64,000 nucleotides of DNA. Source: an uncultured bacterium. GTDB taxonomy: Bacteria > Cyanobacteriota > Cyanobacteriia > Thermostichales > Thermostichaceae. The translations under genes and the position numbers were made by a program. Below are positions 37,795 through 46,645 of this stretch, piece after piece; within the stretch, counting starts at the first letter, position 1; every line of letters starts with the position of its first letter. The notes beneath the pieces were generated by a model. It saw only the letters and a list, made by a program, of their open reading frames with translations. It did not search any database and was not told the origin of the DNA. Location of the stretch: the NCBI GenBank assembly GCA_964434865.1, contig CAYSWV010000011.1, forward strand, positions 14,611-78,610, in the 5' to 3' direction.

Positions 37795-40317
37795 ATGTCA
37801 CTCCCCTCGCCTAATTTAGATGATCGGACCTTTGATCAATTGGTGGCAGAGGCCAAACGACGTGTTAGGCAAACCTGTCCCCAGTGGAGTGACTTATCAC
37901 CCAGCGATCCAGGATGGGCTTTGTTAGAGTTATTTGCCTACTTAACCGAGATCATGCTGTATCGGCTTAATCAAGTACCGACTAAAGCTTACATTGAATT
38001 TTTAAAACTGATCGGGGTAACATTACATCCACCTAGTGCGGCCAGTGTAGAGCTTAAGTTTTATTTAACCCAGCCCCGAGAGCATCCGGTCATGATCGAA
38101 AGAGGGACACGAGTGACTGTGGCTCGTGCGAGGGCAGCAGCTAATGCTCCAGTCTTTATCACTGACCATAGCGTAACTATTCCTGCTGGACAAACAGATG
38201 CTAGAGTAACCGCTCATCACTGCGAGCAGATTGAAGCTGAGTTAGTGGGGTATGGGACAGGTCAACCAGGTTTATCCTTACAGGCTCAACAGCCACCTTT
38301 GATAGCACCTACAGGTGATCCACTGGATTTATTAGTTGGGATCGAAACCGACCCAGACGAACTGGATACTCACTACCGCTCAGTGACCCATCAGGGTAGA
38401 TGCTTTCAGATCTGGCAGGAAGTTGAAACCTTTGCCAATCAAGCCCCAACCACATGTATTTACACAGTTGATCGCTATAACGGGCGGATCACGTTTGCCC
38501 CTTGTGTGCCCTCCTCTGCTGACAAGGATCCCTTTTCACCTAAGGTACCGTTAGAAAACCGTGAGGTCCGCTTGTGGTATCGCTGTGGGGGAGGTCCTGC
38601 AGGGAATGTTGCAGCTGATACTTTGACAGTTTTGAAAGATTCACTACCTGGTGTTCATGTGACCAACCCAGAGGCTGCTACTGGGGGCCGAGTGGCTGAA
38701 ACGTTAGATCAAGCGCTGATTCGAGGGCCACTGGAGTTTCGATCACTAGAGAGAGCTGTCACCGCCAGCGATTATGAATTATTGGCACTCAAGAGCTCTG
38801 GAGCAGTCAGCCGGGCCAGAGCCTTCACCCAAAAGCAGTATTGGACTTATGCTCAGCCTGGCACTGTGGAAGTTTTATTAATTCCAACACTACCTGATAA
38901 TTTAACAGCGGCGGTTCAAACCAGTGCAGAACAGTATCAAGCCGCGGCCACCGAAGAGAGTCGGAATCAAGTGCAGCAAGCGTTACACCTGCGTCGTCCA
39001 TTGGGAACAACCTGTTTGGTCCATTGGGCCCGCTTAAAAACAGTAACGGTCAAAGCCCTGATTGTTGTGCATCGAGGTGAAGATCGACAAGCTGTTCAAT
39101 CGAGAGTATTACATCGTTTGTATCAAGCCATTAACCCAACCGTGTGGGAATTTGGACAACCCTTACGCGAAGATCGAATTTATAACATCATTGGTCAAGA
39201 ACCTGGTGTGCGTTACACCGAACAAGTCCGGTTTAGAGTCAATGAAGCGCCTGATCAACACGTCAAACTCCTAACAATGGATCCTAATCAGCCACGGACA
39301 TGCTACGCAGCATCTGGGCACACCCTATTTCGATCTATGAATAACGGAGACAGTTGGGAGTTAGTGAAGCGGTTTCCGGAACAGGTAATCAAAGTCATTG
39401 AAGCTCATCCAGCCATTCCAGGTCTAGTGGCTATAGCCACCTGTCAACCACAAACTTCTCAGCTGCATTTTTCGCAAGACTGTGGTGAAACTTGGGTGGC
39501 TGGCCCTCAAATGGCTTTTCAAGTTGAAGATCTAGCTTGGGTCTTACACTCAGATCGGCGGCCCATTTTACTCTTAGCGACTACAGTAGGGCTTTATGCA
39601 TTGCCAACTTTAGCTGGTGCTGATTTAGTCCAAGTCTTAGTAGATCCGACAGACCAGGATCGGGGGTTTTATGCTGTGGTCACGTCGGAAGATGCTCGTG
39701 GTTTGATCAATGTCGCTGTTGCCGCTCAGGGAATGGGTGGTGTGTATCTCTCTAGTGAAGCAGGGTACTCAGGTACTTTCAGCCCGATTGGGTTGCTAGG
39801 AGAAGATATCCGTGTCTTGGAGATTCAGAAACAGGGTCCACGACAATTTTTATGGGCGGGCAGCTATGTTGCCGGTAATGAAATGGGGCGGGGCTGTTTT
39901 CGGTGGGAATTACCTCACTCAGTAGAAGGGTGGCAGTCGTTTCAGTCAGGCTGGTCGGGTGGTAGTTGTCGGTCGCTGACATTCCGTGAATCCAACGTGA
40001 TCGCTGGTACCTATTTTTCGGGGATTCTCACCCTAGATTCCAGTAGAAGTGAGGCTAACTGGCAGACCTCAACCATGCGATGTGGCTTACCTATTCGGGA
40101 TCAAGAACATAATTTCTATCCGATTGAGGCTGTAGGGTACACGGCTAGTCCTGAGAGTGTCGGGTTGGTTGCTGGTCCTGAAGGGATCTATCGCAGCTTG
40201 GATGAAGGTAGTAGCTACCACTATTGTTCTGGACAAGAGTTCAATGACAAAGTGATGTTGCCAGAGTCTTGGTTGTTTTGTTCTGGACAGCATGAAATTG
40301 AGGTTAAGAGCGAATGA
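37795..40317 (+). CDS. Baseplate J-like protein (Afp11/gp6-like) with ~340-aa C-terminal Asp-box (BNR) propeller-like extension
   Basis: N-terminus LDDRTFDQLVAEAKRR...WSDLSPSDPGWALLELFAY is typical of eCIS gpJ. The C-terminal region contains SMNNGDSW, SQDCGETW and SLDEGSSY (S-x-D-x-G-x-T/S-W/Y). Confidence 0.8.
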   Translation: MSLPSPNLDDRTFDQLVAEAKRRVRQTCPQWSDLSPSDPGWALLELFAYLTEIMLYRLNQVPTKAYIEFLKLIGVTLHPPSAASVELKFYLTQPREHPVMIERGTRVTVARARAAANAPVFITDHSVTIPAGQTDARVTAHHCEQIEAELVGYGTGQPGLSLQAQQPPLIAPTGDPLDLLVGIETDPDELDTHYRSVTHQGRCFQIWQEVETFANQAPTTCIYTVDRYNGRITFAPCVPSSADKDPFSPKVPLENREVRLWYRCGGGPAGNVAADTLTVLKDSLPGVHVTNPEAATGGRVAETLDQALIRGPLEFRSLERAVTASDYELLALKSSGAVSRARAFTQKQYWTYAQPGTVEVLLIPTLPDNLTAAVQTSAEQYQAAATEESRNQVQQALHLRRPLGTTCLVHWARLKTVTVKALIVVHRGEDRQAVQSRVLHRLYQAINPTVWEFGQPLREDRIYNIIGQEPGVRYTEQVRFRVNEAPDQHVKLLTMDPNQPRTCYAASGHTLFRSMNNGDSWELVKRFPEQVIKVIEAHPAIPGLVAIATCQPQTSQLHFSQDCGETWVAGPQMAFQVEDLAWVLHSDRRPILLLATTVGLYALPTLAGADLVQVLVDPTDQDRGFYAVVTSEDARGLINVAVAAQGMGGVYLSSEAGYSGTFSPIGLLGEDIRVLEIQKQGPRQFLWAGSYVAGNEMGRGCFRWELPHSVEGWQSFQSGWSGGSCRSLTFRESNVIAGTYFSGILTLDSSRSEANWQTSTMRCGLPIRDQEHNFYPIEAVGYTASPESVGLVAGPEGIYRSLDEGSSYHYCSGQEFNDKVMLPESWLFCSGQHEIEVKSE

Positions 40318-40853
40318 GACGTACTGAGATTGCGCAGTTACTCCCTACAATCTTTCAACAAACGTTACAAGATGGATCGATTCTCTGGGTTATTCTAGAG
40401 GTGATGGAAGCTATGCACGCTCCTTCTGAAGCCGCCTTAACCCAACTTGACGCTTTTTTTGATCCACGTCGAACACCGGCTACCTGGTTACCCTACCTAG
40501 CCTATTGGCTCAATCTGGATCGACTGTTTAATCCCTCAGCTACATCTGGAGACTCAGCTCCACTACTTTCAACTGGCACAGGACCTCTGCGGGAATTGAT
40601 GGCTCAGGCTGCTTATCTGTCAAATTGGCGGGGCACAGCCCAGGGATTAATTGTATTTTTAGAAACAGCTACCAATACTAAGGGGTTTGGTGTTGAGGAA
40701 CTAGTCTTCAACCCTGAGCATAATCAACTGTGTCCCTTTCACATTAAGGTTGTGGCCCCCTCTTCTACACAAGCTCACCAGGTTTTAATTGAACGGATTA
40801 TTAACTCTGAAAAACCTGCTCATGTGACCTACGAATTAGTATTTGATTCATAA
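40314..40853 (+). CDS. Phage tail protein I-like baseplate protein (P2 gpI / Afp12-like)
   Basis: LLPTIFQ...LLDAFFDPRRTPATWLPYLAYWL...WRGTAQGL fits the TIGR02242-type tail protein pattern. ATGA overlap with gpJ. Confidence 0.7.
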   Translation: MRRTEIAQLLPTIFQQTLQDGSILWVILEVMEAMHAPSEAALTQLDAFFDPRRTPATWLPYLAYWLNLDRLFNPSATSGDSAPLLSTGTGPLRELMAQAAYLSNWRGTAQGLIVFLETATNTKGFGVEELVFNPEHNQLCPFHIKVVAPSSTQAHQVLIERIINSEKPAHVTYELVFDS

Positions 40854-40868
40854 ATAGAGGTTCAAGTA

Positions 40869-42419
40869 ATGGCTCACCTTTTTTCGATATCGACCACTCA
40901 ACCCCAAGCTTATTTGGATGGCCAGGGTCAAGGAGAAGTCTCCTTTGTAGTAACCAATACTACGGCTTATCCAATTAAAGGCCGTCTTGCAATTAAACCC
41001 CTAGGCTCAACTGATCCCAGCTGGCTACGGCTAATTGGAGATACAGAACGAAACTTTGCTAGTAACACAGCAGAACAAATCACTGTAACAATAAACCTGC
41101 CGGCAGACACTCCACTGGGCACTTATAGCTTTCGCTTAGATGTCATCTCTGTTTTGAATCCTGATGAAGACTATACGGAAGGTCCAGCGGTAGCGATGGA
41201 AGTGCAGTCCAGTCCAGTTGAGCAGTCAGCTTTCCCCTGGTGGATTCTGGTGGTTGTGGGTGTTCTAATAACAGTAGGAGGTGTTTTAGCTTATGTCTTT
41301 TGGCCTCGTTCCACCTTTGAGCCTGAAGATTTAGTGGGTCTATCTATTGCTCAGGCTGAGAACATTTTAGAGCAAGAAAGATTAGAGGCTGTGATCAGCA
41401 ATGAATTGATCAGGGTTTGTGATCCAGACTCAGCAACACCTCATCAGGTAGTCTCAGCTAATTACATCAATGACAGTCAAGTTGAAGTTGTTGTGGCCAG
41501 CTGGGATCCACAAGAGTTAGTGGGTTTAACTCAAGATGAAGCTACCCAATGCCTAGATCCACATCAATGGACATTAGCTGTCCAAGATCAGCCGATCATC
41601 CTCTGTGACTCGCTTGAATCTCTGCCTAATCAGATTCTTGAAGTGGGTGACATTGATCAGACACAGGTGGATGTTGTTGTTGCAAGCTGGAATCCTGAAG
41701 AGTTACTAGGAATGCACAAAGATGAGGCCCAAGCCTGCCTAGCAGCTCATGATTTAACATTGACAGCCGCAGAGAAACCCATCACCCTTTGTACTAACGG
41801 CACTCACACTCCTGATCACATTGTTCAGATCCAAGACTCGTCCTCAACTACAGTGAATGTTGTAGTTGAAGCTACCACATCTGTTCAGGTGCCTAGAGTT
41901 AAGGATTTGCCTTATCAGCAAGCTCAGAGACAACTGGAAGAGTGCTCACTGCAATGGTCGATTAACGAAGTCTATCCGTCATTCAGTGCCAGTGATATTG
42001 CTATTGATCCTGGGACCGTAGTTAAACAAACTCACCTGGGACAGACTGTGAACCCTAATCAAGTGATCACTTTAGATGTAGTTGCCAGCAAAACTTTTCA
42101 TAATCCCAGACGCAATAACCAGTTCAATACCTCACTGGGCATATGGCTATCTAACACCAATGGCAATCAGTATTGTAAAGAGCATGGAGGATCCAAGATG
42201 ATTAGCCATACAGTCGGCTGCGGTGAAGACGAAAGCTCCTATGTTGAATTTAAAAATGGTAAGTGGCTTTCTAAAAGTAGTGGGAGTACTAACCAGTGTT
42301 ACGATATCTTCAAATCTATCACTTGTGATGTTGGCATCGATCCGTCTAGATTCCAGCCTGGCGATATTGAACACATAAAGTTGGAAAACTCGCTATTGAA
42401 TAGAATTATTTCTGAATGA
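40869..42419 (+). CDS. Single-pass membrane protein: N-terminal Ig-like domain, TM helix, 4 PASTA-like repeats, Cys-containing C-terminal domain (in the tail-fibre slot)
   Basis: No signal peptide. TM at aa 122-146 (FPWWILVVVGVLITVGGVLAYVFWP). Three 62-aa repeats at aa 151-212, 213-274 and 275-336 (P-E/Q-E-L-V-G-L..DEA..CL....TL......I.LC....P..I......V.VVVASW), plus a fourth PASTA-like unit at aa 340-407. The C-terminal ~110 aa contain four Cys. Confidence 0.6.
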   Translation: MAHLFSISTTQPQAYLDGQGQGEVSFVVTNTTAYPIKGRLAIKPLGSTDPSWLRLIGDTERNFASNTAEQITVTINLPADTPLGTYSFRLDVISVLNPDEDYTEGPAVAMEVQSSPVEQSAFPWWILVVVGVLITVGGVLAYVFWPRSTFEPEDLVGLSIAQAENILEQERLEAVISNELIRVCDPDSATPHQVVSANYINDSQVEVVVASWDPQELVGLTQDEATQCLDPHQWTLAVQDQPIILCDSLESLPNQILEVGDIDQTQVDVVVASWNPEELLGMHKDEAQACLAAHDLTLTAAEKPITLCTNGTHTPDHIVQIQDSSSTTVNVVVEATTSVQVPRVKDLPYQQAQRQLEECSLQWSINEVYPSFSASDIAIDPGTVVKQTHLGQTVNPNQVITLDVVASKTFHNPRRNNQFNTSLGIWLSNTNGNQYCKEHGGSKMISHTVGCGEDESSYVEFKNGKWLSKSSGSTNQCYDIFKSITCDVGIDPSRFQPGDIEHIKLENSLLNRIISE

Positions 42420-42913
42420 ATCGATCTAAGATTGTGATTATAAGTTTAACGGTTTTGGCTCTGGCCTTTGGTTTGAGCATTGGCCTCAGTGGCCTTAACC
42501 TGCATCGCAATGATGAGATTACAGCAGACGATTATGCTCAACGAGGTCAGTTTCCAGAGTGGATCAGCACTATTGGGGATCTAGTCGTCCCTTTCGGTCC
42601 GAGAGTGAAGCAGCTCCCACCGCTTATTGAGATCGACCCACTCTCCCAATCTAACAAACGCATATTGATCAAACCGGCAACAGCTTCTTTTCGAGTAGCT
42701 AGTTTCAAATTAGTCTCAGGCCAAAGGATTAAAATCGATTACCAAGATCAGTCGACCAACGCTGAAACTTATGAGTTAGAAGCACAGAGTTTTTCGTTAC
42801 CCAAGGAGCAGGGGCGAAATCGCCAGTCTGGATCCATCGTAATCCTCTCAGAGGGGGGACAGCTAACCTTAACTTGTTATGGTCACCAGGTTTGTCAGGT
42901 GCAGTTAAATTAA
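42416..42913 (+). CDS. Small membrane-anchored/secreted hypothetical protein, translationally coupled to the PASTA protein
   Basis: 165 aa. N-terminal hydrophobic anchor IVIISLTVLALAFGLSIGL. ATGA overlap with the upstream gene. Confidence 0.45.
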   Translation: MNRSKIVIISLTVLALAFGLSIGLSGLNLHRNDEITADDYAQRGQFPEWISTIGDLVVPFGPRVKQLPPLIEIDPLSQSNKRILIKPATASFRVASFKLVSGQRIKIDYQDQSTNAETYELEAQSFSLPKEQGRNRQSGSIVILSEGGQLTLTCYGHQVCQVQLN

Positions 42914-42940
42914 AGTGTTTTAATCTAAGGCATTGTAATC

Positions 42941-43630
42941 TCAAGCAACAGCACGAACCATAGAGATCAAGGAGCCAATCAGTAGAAACAAGGACCAAAT
43001 TACAGCAAAAATCGCTACTACAATGCCAGCAATAGCATCAGTAATACTAACTAAAAACTCTGGAACAAAGCCATGAAGGATACTAACCACCAAAGTCCCA
43101 ATTAAAGATGTCAAAAGGATGAGAACCAGCCCATTATTTTGAATAAATCGTTGTTGAGCACCTAATAAACAAGCAGCAGCTCCTAACTTTAACATCATAA
43201 TTAAGCTAAGGATAACTTTAGCACCTACAGTATCAAAAGACCCATAAATAGCGAAATAAGCTAGAGTGCCAAAGATCGGTGAAATGAGTAAGGTTACCAT
43301 TAATACTAACAAACCTAACGTGACCAGAATAGTTCTAATGCCAACTATCCCAATCACTAAAGCTGCTATAAAAGTAAGTAAGCCTTGGATTCGACCTTGA
43401 AATCGATGTGAAATCAGAAAGGGTAATCCCATTAGTAATCCAGTAAATAACACTAGACTATCCATTAAAGCCAATGAAGATATTCCATAACCAGAAACCG
43501 GTGCAGCCAGTTCTGCCATAGTTGTTGGAGAGTATTGAGTCAGTAGTAGAGCTGAGATCAATTCCATCAAGACAACAATCATCAATAAGGCAATAGCTAA
43601 AAAGAAAAAAGGCTTGCGGAGGCTTTCCAT
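42941..43630 (-). CDS. Polytopic membrane protein (hypothetical)
   Basis: 229 aa with ~6 hydrophobic helices. It is convergent with the CIS operon. Confidence 0.5.
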   Translation of the reverse strand: MESLRKPFFFLAIALLMIVVLMELISALLLTQYSPTTMAELAAPVSGYGISSLALMDSLVLFTGLLMGLPFLISHRFQGRIQGLLTFIAALVIGIVGIRTILVTLGLLVLMVTLLISPIFGTLAYFAIYGSFDTVGAKVILSLIMMLKLGAAACLLGAQQRFIQNNGLVLILLTSLIGTLVVSILHGFVPEFLVSITDAIAGIVVAIFAVIWSLFLLIGSLISMVRAVA

Positions 43631-43952
43631 ACCTTTAAGGTTTATCTGTAAGACTTATTAATAGTGTCGCAAAAACAGAGTCAAAATTCCAACAAAGTGA
43701 TGGACTAAGAAACTATTTTTATTGATTTCTGCTTTGCTTGTGCCCTCTACCTCTCCGTTTAAATACTGTCATCTTAAACTGAATTCAGACTAACCTGAAC
43801 CCATACGACTTACTCTCAGGATGGCATCTCCGTTATGCCCTTAGCTACTGGGATTGGATGTACCCGTTTTCTTCCCGTTTTTGATCCTCTTTCTCTTACT
43901 TTAGATCCTTACAGTTCAAGCTTGGAAATATCGTTCAGCATAGGTCAAAAGG

Positions 43953-45308
43953 ATGATAGAGACACGGCCTATTCCTAACTCTCAACAGCCAATCCATTGG
44001 CTACAGATTAAACCCACCACTCTGATCACAGCTTTAACTAGCCTAGGGGTTTCAGTACTAGCCTTGATGACTGTGGGCTCATTGGGGCAGCGGTTGCATC
44101 AACTGCAAATTGAAACTGCGTTCGTTGTGCAACCGATGGAGCCAATTATTGCTACAGACTGGGGTACTCTACACCACATTTATGTTCAGGAAGGTGAAAT
44201 TGTACAGGTAGGCCATCCACTAGTCCGAGTCGATCGGGATCTAGCCATCGAAGATGAGATTGCCCGTTTGGAGGGTTGGATTTTAGCTCAAAGAAGAGAA
44301 CGGTTCCGACTTCAAGAGCAACTGCTCACACTTGAACGACAACAGCAGCAGGCCCACCTCAATTTAGAAGCTGCCACCAGTGCCATTGCTCTGGAGCAAC
44401 AACAAATCCCGGCTCGCAGTGCGATTGCTCAATCTCAAGTTGATGCTGCCCGCCAAGAGGTAGATGCCCTAGCTCAGCAACTGAATGTAGCCGAAGCTCA
44501 ACATGATCGACTCAAGGCCCTTTTGGATCAAGGGGCTATTCCTCAAATGGCTTTTGACGAAACGGTTGCTGAGCTTGCCCATTTACAAGGAGCATGGCAT
44601 AAAGCTCAGGAGACACTCACCATTGCTCAAGCTGTTTTGATCGGCACGATACGAGGAGATTTTGTGGAGCAAGATCAGTTACAGGGACAACTCCCCACCC
44701 TCGCGTTACAACGAGATATGGCAGAAAAACGTCTCAAGACTCTCACTGATCAGAGACAAGGTTTAACAGTTCTAATTGAGGACCTCGATCAAGAGATAAC
44801 GACTCTTCAAACCAGGCAAGATCAGCTGTTAGCTCGCCGTGATTTGGGTTCTGAGCTAGCCAAAATCTATGCAGCTCCAGTCACAGGAGTTGTGGCTAAG
44901 ATCTTGCGCTCACCAGGTAACTCCGTCAGTCGTGGAGCCACTCTAGTAGTTGTGCAGCATCAGAAAGATCAGCCTCAAATCACAGCCTACCTAACTCATG
45001 ATCAAGCTCAACAATTGGCCCTAGAGCAACCTGCCTCAATTTATATCCCTACAACTGGACAAACGTATCCCGCCCATATATCAAAGATTGATTGGACTGG
45101 TGGTCGAGTAGCTGATGCTCTTGATCCACTAGCACCTACTTGGAGCATTGATCCGTTGGTTCCCCCATTGCCTGTACAGGTTCATCTCACTATTCAACAT
45201 AATAATCTTGACATACCCAACGGATCTCCAGTTGTTGCCACTTTAGAGAAGCGTCAGAGTGTAGTACAACGACTTCAGCAGGGCTTTCAACTCAGCCGCC
45301 GTTACTAG
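43953..45308 (+). CDS. HlyD-family membrane-fusion (periplasmic adaptor) protein
   Basis: N-terminal TM. Lipoyl-like VQEGEIVQVGHPLVRVD. A long Q/L/A-rich coiled coil. C-terminal AAPVTGVVAKILRSPGNSVSRGATLVVV. Confidence 0.65.
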   Translation: MIETRPIPNSQQPIHWLQIKPTTLITALTSLGVSVLALMTVGSLGQRLHQLQIETAFVVQPMEPIIATDWGTLHHIYVQEGEIVQVGHPLVRVDRDLAIEDEIARLEGWILAQRRERFRLQEQLLTLERQQQQAHLNLEAATSAIALEQQQIPARSAIAQSQVDAARQEVDALAQQLNVAEAQHDRLKALLDQGAIPQMAFDETVAELAHLQGAWHKAQETLTIAQAVLIGTIRGDFVEQDQLQGQLPTLALQRDMAEKRLKTLTDQRQGLTVLIEDLDQEITTLQTRQDQLLARRDLGSELAKIYAAPVTGVVAKILRSPGNSVSRGATLVVVQHQKDQPQITAYLTHDQAQQLALEQPASIYIPTTGQTYPAHISKIDWTGGRVADALDPLAPTWSIDPLVPPLPVQVHLTIQHNNLDIPNGSPVVATLEKRQSVVQRLQQGFQLSRRY

Positions 45309-45378
45309 CATAAGCTGATTGATCTACCACTCAATCATAAATCAACTAGGGACAGAGCTTGCAGTGAGGAACGACCTG

Positions 45379-46638
45379 ATGGTTTTATTTCTGATGTCCT
45401 TGACAGGTGTGCTTCTGGTAGCAACCATCGCCTCTCAATTTTCCGATCGATTTGCTCAACGTCGTCAACATATTCAGTGGCGGGTACATGTCAATGGCAT
45501 TCGCGGCAAGTCAACTGTCACTCGCTATGTCAGCGCCATATTTCGAGTAGCTGGCTATCATACTTTTGGCAAAACAACGGGAACAGCAGCCCGTATCCTA
45601 CTACCCAATGGTATGGATTTTGACTTTGGTCGCAAGGGGGAAGCAGACATTAATGAGCAGGTCACCATCCTAAACCAATTTATGCAACAAGGAGCTGAAG
45701 CTGTAGTCATGGAATGCATGGCTGTTAACCCAGCTTATGCTGAATGGCTAGAGCGGAAAGTGATGCAAGCCCACATCGGCATTATTACTAACGTTCGTCT
45801 GGATCACACTGACTACATGGGTGAAACACTACCTGAAATTGCTCAATCACTCGCAGTGACAATACCCACCAGGGGGCTTTTCATTACCTCAGAAACCAAC
45901 CCGGAACTCCTACAAATTTTAGCTGAACAGGCCACTGCAAGAGGATCTCAACTGTTAACGGCTCATGCTAATTTGATCACTCCAGAGGATATGCAGGGAT
46001 TTGACCACTTTGCTATTGAGGAAAATGTAGCTATAGGTTTGAGAGTGGCTCAGTTTTTGAAAGTTCCTCGAAACTTGGCCCTGCAAGCTATGCAAACAGC
46101 GGTTCCTGATCCAGGCGCATTTACAGTCCAGCATCTTGAATTCCAAGGATATTCAATAGCTTGGGCTAATCTCTTTGCTGTCAATGATCGCGAAAGCTTT
46201 ATCTTCATTTGCAATCGTTTATTTCAGCAATACCCTCATCATCATAGGGTTATCATTCTCAACAATCGTCATGATCGACCGACTCGAGTTGAGTTGTTCG
46301 CTCGCATAGCTCAGGATCTCAAGTTTGAGCGAGTAATTACTTTTGGAGACTATGAGGCAGGTGTCAATGCTATGTTTCCGGCTGACCCCAATTGTGTCAT
46401 CAACCTGGGTAACTCTACCCCCTACAAGTATGCACAAGGTGAGGATCTACTCAGCCGTATGATTGCAGATTTAAAGGCACAGCCCATTTTGTTGATGGGT
46501 ACTGTCAATATCCACACACACCAGGCTGAGACCCTGCTGCACTTTTTAGCTGATGTTCCCGACTCAAAGGTTCAACAAACCTTAGAACCTGTTAGCTGCC
46601 TTACGGCCCCTCCCGGGTTATATAGAGATCTTGGTTAA
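45379..46638 (+). CDS. pgsB: Poly-gamma-glutamate synthase PgsB/CapB (Mur-ligase-like amide ligase)
   Basis: VHVNGIRGKSTVTRY, GKTTGTAAR, ECMAVNPAY and PDPGAF are all collinear with B. subtilis PgsB as I remember it. The N-terminal TM is as in PgsB. ATG at 45379 is preferred over TTG at 45319. Confidence 0.85.
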   Translation: MVLFLMSLTGVLLVATIASQFSDRFAQRRQHIQWRVHVNGIRGKSTVTRYVSAIFRVAGYHTFGKTTGTAARILLPNGMDFDFGRKGEADINEQVTILNQFMQQGAEAVVMECMAVNPAYAEWLERKVMQAHIGIITNVRLDHTDYMGETLPEIAQSLAVTIPTRGLFITSETNPELLQILAEQATARGSQLLTAHANLITPEDMQGFDHFAIEENVAIGLRVAQFLKVPRNLALQAMQTAVPDPGAFTVQHLEFQGYSIAWANLFAVNDRESFIFICNRLFQQYPHHHRVIILNNRHDRPTRVELFARIAQDLKFERVITFGDYEAGVNAMFPADPNCVINLGNSTPYKYAQGEDLLSRMIADLKAQPILLMGTVNIHTHQAETLLHFLADVPDSKVQQTLEPVSCLTAPPGLYRDLG

Positions 46639-46645
46639 TGTCACC

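Noticed and set aside
31237-42913. Interpretation as a prophage tail region or a type VI secretion system
   Set aside because: There are no head, portal, terminase, lysis or integrase genes. The sheath is a single gene rather than TssB/TssC, and there is no TssJLM, TssK, TssA or ClpV. The gene set matches Afp/PVC-type CIS.
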